From Malacoraja senta (taxonomy: Eukaryota): 64,000 nt of DNA. Within the stretch, counting starts at the first letter, position 1. Each line of letters starts with the position of its first letter. The notes under the pieces were generated by a model. It did not search any database and was not told the origin of the DNA. It saw only the letters and a program-made list of their open reading frames with translations. Shown in pieces: positions 53,174 through 64,000 of this stretch. The stretch lies in contig CM075992.1 in NCBI GenBank assembly GCA_038087875.1, positions 10,790,001-10,854,000 of the forward strand, given 5' to 3'. Position numbers and translations under genes: made by a program.

Positions 53174-55204
53174 ATCTGGCTCTATCCTGTGGGCGGTGAT
53201 GGATTCGTGGAGGTGGCGTTGGAGGGGTGGATGCTACGCCAATCGCAGGGCATCCTGGACAATACAGCTCCCCGCCCCTCCATGACACACTGGCCAATCT
53301 GATGAGTACCTTCAGCAATAGACTGGTTCGACCAAGATGCAGAGTAGAACGCCACAGGAGATCGTTCTTCCCTGTGGCTATCAAACTTTACAACTCCTCC
53401 ACTTACTGTCGTGGGGTAGACTGCGAATGCCTATCCCCCTCCACCCCCACACTTTGCGCATTCCCCAATCCATTCCATTGGTCACTTTCATTTAATGTTT
53501 CAACTATATTGCTCTGTTTTAGTGACTGTTGGCATTCATTTATTCCCTCTGGGATAAAAATACATCTGAGGCTATGAGCTGTCCGAGACTCTCCCACTAG
53601 TGGAATGATCTTGTACGCATCCCCGCTCTCCAGGCCTTTCACTATTCGCTACGTTTCAATGAGGTACCCCCTCATCCTTCTAAACTCCAGAGAGTACAGG
53701 CCCTGTGCCTTCAAACACGTATCGTATGCTAATCATTCTCGTAAACCTCATCTGGATCTTCTCCAGCACAAGCACATCCTTCATCAATATCGAGAGAAGA
53801 ATGCTTGCAATAATCCAAATGCGGCCTCATCAGCACCTTTCAGGAATCGACTAGTGTGTCTGGCATTCCTTTCAGGTTAGGCAGAGGTTCACCTGCACCT
53901 CCTCCAACTTCGCCCACAGTATCTGTTGTTGAATATGTGGCCTCTTATACATCGGCGAGATCAAACGGAGAATGGGCGATCATTCGCTGAACTCCTTTGC
54001 TTAGTATGCCTGGACGTACCGGACCCCCCAGTGCTAAACACTTTAATTATCCTTCCCATTCCCACACTGATTTTTCTGTCCCAGCTCTCATCCATTGACA
54101 GAGTGTGGCTAAACGCAATTTGGAGGAACAGCATCTCATATTTCGCTTGCACAGCATACAACACAGTGTGATGAATATTGATTTCACTGTGTTCAAGTGA
54201 CCCCTGTATTTCATCTCACTTTATCCCTCCCTCACCCTAGTCGCAAACGATTCTCATTCTCACACGACAAACCTATAAATGGCTTGTTTCCTTTATCGTC
54301 GTCACTTCTTTACATATCTTTGATTCATTGTTTTATATTTCTCAATATTTGCATCTATATTACCCGTTTCCTTTTCCCGTGACTTTCATTCTGTAGAAGG
54401 GTCGAGACCAGAAATGTCCGTCATTCCCTCTCAGCTAAGATGTTGCTTGTCCAGCTGGATTACTCCAGCTTTGTGTGTCTATATATGGCTTTCACACTGC
54501 TTTGCTCGCTTCCTGTACAGCACGGTAATATTTGCAATTTTTCAATCGTCCGGAACCATTCCTGACTAATGATCTTGAAAGGTCAGTATTATTGGCTCGA
54601 TTACAGTTGTATTTCACATTTTTCTCCCCGCATTGCACTCAAGTTACTTTCTGTTGTTTAAAAAAATCTTCCCAATCATCTAGCTTCTGAAAAAATATTG
54701 CAATGTCATATGCCTTCTATTATGGTTTATGCTGTCTTTGACTTCCTTTGTCAGCTACGGTCGCCGCATTCTCCCGCTAGAGTCATTCTTTGGATTGAAA
54801 AAATCCTGCAATTACCGAATTATTCCCATAAATTCTTGCCATTGCTGTTCCAGCACAATGCTAGGGTCACTTTTCAGTCAACTTTGGCCAGTTTCTCCTT
54901 CGTGTCTTTGTCTACCACTTTGCTCAGCAGTAATACTGACACATCCAATGTCATATTTTCCCTCTCAAGTTGCAGGTTAATTCTTACCAATCACTTCCCT
55001 TGACTCCATTTACACCTCCCGCTGCCTCCGCAAGGTCAGCAGCATAATCATGGACGAGTCGCACCCTGGCCACATCCTACTTTACGCGCTGCCATCCTGC
55101 AAATTTACAGAAGTGTGAAAACGCACATATCCACATTCAAGGACAATTGCTTCTCAGATGTTTTCAGGCAACTGAACCACCCTACCGCAACTGGATAGGT
55201 GCTG

Positions 55205-56395
55205 ATATATATTGACAGACCAACAGAATATTATGTTCAGTTTATGGAAAGTCTTCTCCAGCACAAAGTACCACAAATCTACCTTAACTATTACCGGACG
55301 AATATTAAAATATTCCAAGTGGTGATTCAGTTTTTACCCTTTAGCAGCAATATTACAACAAAATAAACTGCCGAGGAATTCGAAACATGCAGGGGAATAA
55401 CACTTCGATCGCGCACACTGACGTCCGATGGAGAACACGAATTGCAGAAATATTACATGCATTCGTTGTTTCCACATTCACAGGAGATGAGATGCAAAAA
55501 TGATATTAATGTATCGGAACGCGGAATGTGGGGAGAGGACAACGTAAATTCAGTATTAACCACAAAATAGGGCACAGCGCAATGATGGTGCCGATGAACG
55601 ATGAACTACTGGGAGCGAAATATCCCTGCAGCCCAGTTTTGCTCCTGATACACCAACTATTTATAATCTTTTGTTTAATTATTTATGTCCTTGGTAAACA
55701 TATTAATCAAGTATTTTATATTTGCCCCCAAATCATTAATATGAACGACAAACATCACCAGGGCCTGAACTAATCTCTGAGGCACCTCACTGATAAAAAA
55801 AAAAGCATCGGAACAATATACTTGATACCCTCTGCTACCTTCCACGGGGCCAATTCTCAGCCATTGCGCTCAATAATCGTTGTTGTTACTTTGTCTCACA
55901 AATCTATTAAAGTCACGACACACGATCTCCCACGTAATGCCTCCGACTACCCTAAATGCATATATATTATTTGATTCTCCTGTAACATATCTACCAATAT
56001 GTGAGGCTCACTTAGCTAGAAATCCCAGGCTATCCTCAATCCGCTCTGTGTGTAAGTTGTTGCAGGACACAGGGAAACGAGGTGATAAAATGTCAATCAA
56101 ATGAAGTACTGCATTCCACACCAAGTGCTCCATGATCTCCACTTATCACTGGAAGGTTTCCATCCACAGGTCTGTCGTCATCCCTTCTACAATTAGCAGA
56201 TATCGTCACTCATTACACCTCCCTATCTGGTGACATGCTGAGCCCAAAATATTACCAGGAGAAAGGAGACACGATGTGTCACAATGCATAACGATGAGCC
56301 CTCTGAAAAAAGCCAAGTCACAGTGACGGTGAATTAATGTGGAAATGTGACATTTTTAATTCAGACTTTGTTGCATATATGCATCGGGAAACATT
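55205..56395. repeat. Old segmental duplicate of 61785-62990 (unique DNA plus an ancient antisense LINE RT)
   Basis: Colinear similarity throughout, e.g. AATATT-AAAT-TTCCAAGTGG and AAATATTACCAG. Confidence 0.75.
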
Positions 56396-56509
56396 CAATA
56401 GACAATACACAATAGACAATAGACAATAGGTGCAGGAGTAGGCCATACGGCCGTACTTTCCAGCAGCGTCATTCAATGTGATCATCCACAATTAGTGCCC
56501 CTTTCCTGT

Positions 56510-59210
56510 CGGTAAACCGGACGGGTCGTCGAAGGACGAGGGGTCGAAGCCAAGAAGTGGAAACCAAGATACCGAACGGAAACTACGACGAAAAGGCAAA
56601 TAACCGAAAGAACAGAACGCCGAAAAGACAAATAACCGGAAGGATACGACGACGAATAGCCGAATATCCCACGGACGCGACGCCGAAAAGCCAAATAACC
56701 GAAGGGGCGCAACGCCGAAAAGCCAAATAATCAAACAGACGTGACTCTTCAAAACTAAATGTCCGAACCGGCGCAACGCCAAAACCCCAAATATCCTAAC
56801 GGGCACAACGCCGAAATGCCAAATATGCGACGCCGAAAGATAGTTTGAAAGACCGATTGGTCCGGACCCCGCGTCCGTCACATTACTGGCCGGGGAGACG
56901 GGTGGGACAATCACCCCCATGTTTTGTGAAACATTTTGCAGCAAAATCGCCTTGGAATATTGCATTGTTAAAAAGCGATCGATTCAAGTCGTTTATCACT
57001 TGATTCCTCTGAGACAAGAACGATTTGTTAACTGCCACTGTTAGCGCTTGTTAACTGACAGTAGTTAACAAGTAGTTATATAATGTTTCACCAACGCATC
57101 GATATGCATTCCTCAGTAAATATAATTGTGCTTTAGAATTTCTTCAAACTGTCATTAAGAGGTCCGGACCGCTTCTTCCTAGCGTGCGGGTACAGTCCCT
57201 CATTCTCCCACGTTATTTTGTAATTTTTACCCATCATTGAGTGATGTTATATATATTGTTTTTAAATAAGTATGGGTTTTTTTTGTTTATCAAAAGTTTG
57301 GTTATGTATGTTTTTCAAACGTTTATGTAGGTTGTTTTTCTCTCTGCCCCTCTCTGTCCTCCGAGGTTAGTTCCTCTGTTTGCCTGTATCTGCTTCAGTT
57401 TTATTTTGTGTTATTTATCACGTTGCGTTTGTAACTTTTGAAAGATTTAAACGGGTATCAGATTTTTAAAATTCATATAACATCCCTAATTGTTGGCAGG
57501 TGGCTCTAGTGTAGCTGAGATATGTTGGCTGGTGAGGGCAAGTTGGGTCGAAGGGCCTGTTTCCACACTGCATCACTCTATGGCCTGCCATGTTTATGAG
57601 CACTGCTGCTTCCATGCTGAAAATCCCCAGCGCCACTGACAAGAGATACCTTCACATCTGACTCCGCTAATGCAGAGCGGTTATGGAAGGTGCGAAAACT
57701 GGCACTTACAGCGTGAAAGATCAGCACCTACCAACAATGAAGGCACTGTGAAACCAGCGTGCCCTTCCCACAGGACGTGGTTTTAACCCGGCATTAGAAA
57801 ACAAAAAATAGTTGCATTGATTTTGAAAAGAAAAATATTTATTGCATTCGGGAACCTGGTTAATTTAGTGGTGGGATTATTTCCCTGCCCTAACTATGCC
57901 ATTGGTTTAGCCGGTGGTTATATCCATTCCATACCTCCCTCTCAATGATGTGAGATTTCACTTAGAGCACACTTGGATGGATATATGCAAGCAGCATGTA
58001 AACATGTAAACGTTTAGCTTCTCTTCCATGCACGCAATGAATGAAGCCGATGAATTGAGACAACAATCATACCAAAGATAAACACAAAATGCTGGAGTGA
58101 CTTAGTGGGACGGGCAGCATCTCGGGGGAGAATGAATGGGTGACGATTCGGTTCAAGACCCTTCAGATTGTCTTCAGGTCTGAAGAAGTGTCTCGACCCG
58201 AAACGTCTCCCATTCCTCTCCAGAGCTGCTGCCAGTTCCGCAGAGTTAATCCAGCTTTTTGTGTCCACTTGCGATTTAAACCAGCATCTGTAGTTCTTTC
58301 CTACGCAACTGTCACACCAAACTAATTCTCCAGGTTGACTGGCTAAATATTGCATAAGACATGGAGAGAAGAAGGGGGAGGTTATATATACTGCCTCTTT
58401 TATGCATATTCCGGAAAAAAGATTAAACGTGTGTCAAATATGTTATTTTGCCTTTCTGTCGGGAAAGGGGGAAAGTTGCAGTTGAATAACTTGCAAATTC
58501 CATTCCTTCTTTTCCACTGTGTGCGACGTGGGCTATTCGATACCGCGTCGCCCGGCTAACTTTCACAATTTGTCTCGTGCTCATGAGTTTGATTTCAATA
58601 TGCTCAGGTTATCTTGTAATGCGGTCATTGTTCCCAATCCCTTCAGCTGTGCCTGCAGCTGAAGCTATGGGTGGATTAGTAGATCTTGAAGAGGCATTGA
58701 CACTTTGTTTTCATGTAGAGGGGTAGAGGTAAGGTATGGGATTTGAGAGTAATATAGCGCCTGCGGGGGGGGGGGGGGTGGGTATGATATACTCGACAGC
58801 GCTGTTACATGCGCTAATTAAAAAAAACAAATAGACTGCAAATAAACTGAAAAAATTAAGATTATTTGGTGCTTCCTGCGTGGCAGCTTGTTGTGTGCGT
58901 TACGCAGGCAGCCAGGTGGTATTACAGGGTATAAACAATAAATAAACTGTGTTCCTTGTTGTCAGGGGGTGGGGGGAGTAGGAGAAGATGAAATAGTTGG
59001 TTGTCATGAAACATTGTCATTGGGCCGCCAGGAAATTTGTGTCCGTTGGTTATTTTGTGTATCGGCGTCTCGCCCGTTCGGTTAGTTAGCTTCTCGTCGT
59101 CGTGTCCGTGTCATTTATTTTTTGGTTTTTCGGCGTCGTGTCCATTCGGTATCTTGGCTCCCACATCTTGGCTTCGGCTTCTAATCCTTCGACGTCCCGG
59201 CCGCACACGT
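56510..59210. mobile_element. Non-autonomous TIR DNA transposon with subterminal tandem repeats, nested in a CR1 tail
   Basis: GTCGAAGGA...CGAAGCCAAGA...CCAAGATACCGAA at about 56526-56576 is inverted at about 59145-59194; about 34-bp ACGCCGAAAA units; the flanks rejoin as a CR1 3' end. Confidence 0.65.
58068..58305. mobile_element. Palindromic Penelope-derived short element
   Basis: Two inverted copies of the Penelope terminal segment around CTTCAG...CTGAAG; related copies near 18000, 31500, 48455 and 54390. Confidence 0.7.
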
Positions 59211-60659
59211 ATCCCCATAAACCCCGACATCTGTACTTATCAACAATCTATCTATCTGCTCCTTAAAGTTATCAATTGTCTTGGCCTCCGCAGCCTTCTG
59301 TGGCAAATAATTCCTCAGATTTGCCACCCTCTGATTCCTCCTCATCTCTTACAGAAAAGAACATCCTTAATTCTAAAGCTATAACGTTTAGTCCTGGACG
59401 CTCCCACTGATGTGGTTACTTCGGCCTTTGTAACAACACGAGAAGTGCCAAGTATTGTTCGGAACGGCAGCGACAACATGAGGCACAGGAGTCACCAGAT
59501 AGGCTAGTCTAATCATTACGAAAATAATAGATTACCTTTATTTTTCAGGTCAGAGTGTGATGGTTTGATAAAAATAGTTCAATACATAGTAAGCTCTTAA
59601 AACCCGGCTAGTTTTCATTTTTATAACTTTAATAAAGGAGGACATATTTTGCGTCAGTTCAGGTAAATTCAACTGGGATGATGCACTATGTCGTAAGAGA
59701 GATTGCGGCGCTCGTTTGCGCTCCATTCGTTCCCTTGAACTGAAAAGATAAACAATCCTGTGTCAGTATTATAAGCGCATTATAGTATATAATGCTTATT
59801 TGGGCACTTGCACGTTTGGCTACCACCTCTTTTCTGTTATCAATCCCCTATTTCTGTAGTAGAGTGATCTGAAAATCAATAAATCCTTTCACTCTCCACA
59901 CTGAATCAAATTTGCCTCCGTTTAACGAACAGAATTCTGGGAATCAGCATATTTTCTAATTTATCATTGATCACCCGCGACTGTGGGCAAACAAAATGTG
60001 TGCCTCATAATACTGTGATATTTCATGATTGGTTCACGGTGCTCAGCACAACCATCTCAGCAGCTGTCGGAAGCCAGCAGTAAAATCGTGATTTATTCAT
60101 CTGCATCCTCTCTGCTAATGTCCACGGCCTTCCTCACACTTTGATTGCATCATCACGAAAACAACGATAAGAGAAGAGTTCACCTCCTGCACGTCCTCCA
60201 CCTCCTATCTCTCCCGCCCCGACTGCATCTCCCCCTCCCTTAACTTTCCTCCCTGCCTCCACTACGGCTTCACTTCTTTCTGATGGGGGGAGGGGGGAGC
60301 TGCTGTACGTACGCGTTCGGGTCGCATTGATAAGCCGCCTGTCCGCTACGGCGAATTTGTTTAAATTCGCATGTTTATTGTAATAACACTATCCTGATTG
60401 CCTCCATGTGCATTTGATTCTAAGGGGAAGGATTAGATGGTTTATGCATGCAACCAATAATATAACTACCTCAGTAGCACTAACCACGTCTTAGTTATCA
60501 AGTATAAGAACTCTATCTCCCGTGTGCTCCTCCCTTGGTTCCAGCATGATGACAGACTGGGTTCAGTCAGTGCTGGAAAGTGTTTAACCTATCTTATCAT
60601 TAAACTTTAAGTAAAGCTACAAGTGAGTCAGACTCAACTTCTTTACAGTGATAGTGGAA

Positions 60660-61310
60660 TAAATGGACGTATATCAGAGTGTGGAATGGGTGGAAAGAGA
60701 GGTTTCGGAGTTCGCCCTTCAAAGTGGAACATTCAATATCCATACGGTAAGCTTTAAACTACCCAATCGGAATATGAGCTGTTGTCCTCAAATGTGACGT
60801 TGGAAGACACAGCGCTAATATATGGCGGAACCGTCGCCTCGTGAACGTTGAGTCAGTGTTGTTGAGGCCATTTCTGCAGTACCAAACAAAATAGGTGAAG
60901 TTACCGGGGTTAAATGAGAAACTCGGAATTACAGGGAAGACCTCATGTCGTGGCTGGATGGAGAGGAGTAGCGAGATGCAGCTGCATGTGCTACATCTCC
61001 AACGTTTGAAAGGGAAACACCTGGGAAAACGGGAATGGTTTTGGGAGGCAAAGATGAGTGACTCAAGGGGCTGCGGAGAGGTGTTCCCTCGAAAAGTGAA
61101 AAGGGATGGTCATGGGAAGATATGAGATGTGGTTTCGTTTACGTGATAGTTGTCGGATAATAAGGTTTGGATACGAAGGCTGACGGGGTGAATGCTGAGG
61201 ACCAAGTCAACTCATTCTGTCTGGGGAGGGAGGAAACGACATTTGAATTGTGGAGCACGGAGGAGAAATTGGTGAGGGATACCTCCTCAACGGACGATGT
61301 AAAGAATCCT
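60660..61310 (-). mobile_element. Degenerate Penelope 3' part
   Basis: GGAATATGAGCTGTTG and GAGGACCAAG remnants of the GIY-YIG/RT linker. Confidence 0.65.
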
Positions 61311-63595
61311 GACAAGAGATAGGGTCCAATTTAGCTACACAATGCGCTTCAGTGGGTTCCTCGATGTCGTGTAGTTAATTTTAGATTATTGCTACGTGTA
61401 CCAAGATACAGTGAAATAATTCGTTGCGTGCTCTCCAGTCAGCGGAAACACAAAACATGATTAAAATCGAGACATTTACTGCGCGGACATATATGATAAC
61501 GCAATAACTTTTAATGCAAGGTAAACCCAGTAGATAGTAGCTCAGAACTGTTCTCTGATTGTGGGATGATGACTTAGCTGCCTGATAACAACTGAGATGA
61601 AACTGTCCAGTCTATCGCGACAGTTGTGTTTCGCCACTGCTGATGCACGCACAGTGTACAACTCTTCTATTCTTCTTCTACCCTCTTTAATGAGCTCTGT
61701 CGATAGCCAACACATTCACCGTAATGTTAATGCATGTTGAGACACAGACACTTGGCAGCTTTGTCGGAAGGATAGGAGAGCATGATTTATATGAACAGAT
61801 TCACAGAACATTCCGCAATCTTTCTGGGACATCTCCTGTAGCACGCACGGTCCATAAATCTACCTTTACTATTAGCCAACGAATATTGAAATGTTCCAAG
61901 TGGCGATGCAGTTTGAACCCATAAGCAGCAATGTCGCAACAACATGACCTGCTGAGGAAACATGCACGGGAATAGCACGTTTCAGGGCGCTCACTCGCGA
62001 CGGGTGGGGAGCAGAAATTGCAGACAATTTGAGTAATTTGTTGTTTATGCATTTAAAGATGAGGACATGCAGATATGATGTTAATGCACCGGAACCCAGA
62101 ATGTAGGGAGAGTGAGGACAAAGTGAATTGAGCATTAGTAAGGGAATAACACAAGGTGCACTGAGACTCTCGATGGTCATTGAACTACAGGGACAAAATT
62201 ATCTCTGCAGCGTGGTTACCCAGCTGATTTACCAACCATTTATTATCCGGTGTTTCGCTATTATTATTCTTGCTACACATATTACTCAAGTGTTATCGAT
62301 TTCCCTCCAAGTCATTAATGTTAACGACACACACCAACAGGATCTGAACTGAGATCTTAGGCACACCACTGTACAAAAGCAGCCGGAAAATATTCTTCGA
62401 ATCTGATACCTCTGCGACCTTCCACATAGCCGATTCTAGATCAAAGACCGCAATAATCTTTGCTAATACTTTGTCACAAACATCAATCAAATTCACAACA
62501 CACGATCTCCCACTCACAAAGAAAAACGTTTTATGAATCCCTCATCATCATCTAAATTCATATATATCTTTTCATGCAGAAACAGCTCCAGTAACATAAC
62601 AAACACAGATGTCTGGCTCATTTATCTAGAAATCCCAGGCGATCACCAATCCCCTCCCTTTATAAATTGCTGCTGGTCACAGAATAAACGGTGTGATATG
62701 TCGTCAGTCAAATATGGGACTACTTTCCTCAAGAAAACCTCCATGACTTCCACATAGCAACATAGGAGCTGAAAGCTGTCGAAATCCCATCATTAGTTTG
62801 AAGACATCAACACTCATTCCACCTCCGTATCTTTTGACATACTGACGTCAAAATATTACCAGCAGAAAGGAGACCAAATCAATCGCAATCTTAAAGATGA
62901 CCCCTCCGAAAAAGGAAAGTAACGGTGACGGCGAATTAATTTGTAATGTGAAATTGTCAATTGCAGAATTCATTGCATGTTTACATTGTGAAATAATCAG
63001 TTGTAAGCACGTGCCCGTCTGGAAAATGCCCCCCCAAAAAAGCAGGTGGATGTCAGGGCATTCATGTCTCCAAGAACTGAAACATGAAAATTGTTGTTGA
63101 ACCACAGAAGCATGCAGCAGGGAAATACTTCAAAATGATCCCTCTAAGCAAGTCATATTTGCTGACCTCAGGGCCCTATCCCGCTAAACCTTTCCCGACC
63201 GTTTATTTGTCAAAATGAGGCTTGTCCTTTCTGGAAAAATTCTTCCAGACCAACACGGTTAACTACCAATCTATTGCGCAGTGATCAACACGGACCATTC
63301 TGTAAGCACTAACGGACAGGGAATACGTGAACATTTTGGAGTTGCTCCAACCCTCTAACTACTAATGCACGCTTCCCTCGGGATGGCCACTAGGAAGAGG
63401 AGAATTGTGTCCTTCTGTTCACAGTGCTTCGATGTGTGCACAGCGTCTGGAGAATTTCACAGCCTCGTTGTTTGTCTCGAAACCTCCTTAACAGCGCAGT
63501 TTCTAAATTACGTCCCATTCACATTAGAAAACGGTCTTCAATTGAATAAATAATTTCCGCTAGCATAAATGGGTTTCAATCCGTTGGATGTTAAA

Positions 63596-64000
63596 GAAGG
63601 AACTGCAGATGCTGGAAAATCGAAGGTACACAAAAATGCTGGAGAAACTCAGCGGGTGCAGCAGCATCTATGGAGCGAAGGAAATAGGTAACGTTTCGGG
63701 CCGAAACCCTTCTTCAGACTGATAGGGGGTGGGGAGAAGAAAGGAAAAAAGGAAAAGGAGGAGGAGGAGCCGAGGGTGGGGGGAGGGGAGGAGACAACCA
63801 GATGGCTGATGAAGGGGAGGGGACAGCCAGGGCTAGCAGAATTGGGAGAATTCAACGTTCAGGCCACCAGGGTGTAGACTGCCCAAGCGGAATATGAGGT
63901 GCATTTCCTCCAATTTACGGTGTTGCTCGCTGTGGCCATGGAGGAGACCCAGGACAGAGAGGTCAGATACGGAATGGGAGGGGGAGTTGAAGTGCTGAGC
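63596..64000 (-). mobile_element. 3' end of a third young Penelope copy, running off the window
   Basis: Near-identical to 9421-9798. Confidence 0.95.

Larger units (their letters stand above)
41999..53565 (+). mobile_element. Rex1/Babar-like LINE split by nested insertions (pieces at about 41999-42135, 48585-49292 and 53174-53565)
   Basis: MKSLERLV...LDPLQFAYQ; WITNYLT; KFSDDSAIV; STFSNRL...RHRRSFFPVAIKLYN. Confidence 0.75.

Noticed and set aside
59560..59745. Apparent minus-strand exon after a strong TTTATCTTTTCAG acceptor
   Set aside because: No recognisable protein in any frame; the region aligns to defensin intron sequence in which this AG is not conserved.
61787..61978. Minus-strand Cys-containing 63-aa ORF with a GAAACGTGCT match to defensin exon 1
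   Set aside because: Only a 10-nt match, a non-ATG start, no defensin spacing, and the frame is not conserved in the 55.2-kb duplicate.

Overview
Eukaryotic, repeat-dominated vertebrate DNA. The CR1/Penelope/L2/Rex1/L1 landscape suggests a cartilaginous fish such as a skate or ray (inference). Most of the window is nested retroelements, including an intact full-length CR1 LINE (2304-7410) with a 91-bp monomer array in its 5'UTR, three young Penelope copies, an L1-clade relic, a probable non-autonomous Helitron and a TIR DNA transposon. Hidden among them is a two-exon beta-defensin gene that the ORF track does not assemble: exon 1 at 25390-25468 and exon 2 at 31041-31153, joined across a phase-1 GT-AG intron. 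It encodes a 63-aa secreted peptide, MRNVLLLLFGILLLAHPFVEGMDEVRARCRGMNGNCLKNCGGGLVQVGTCLGAFKCCGSPSVK. A tandem paralogue at 15730-17617 is a pseudogene whose mature-peptide codons diverged almost only by amino-acid changes. Older paralogous pieces of the defensin intron at about 41-42 kb and 59.4-60.2 kb point to a birth-and-death defensin cluster. All alignments were done by eye; boundaries of degenerate repeats are approximate.
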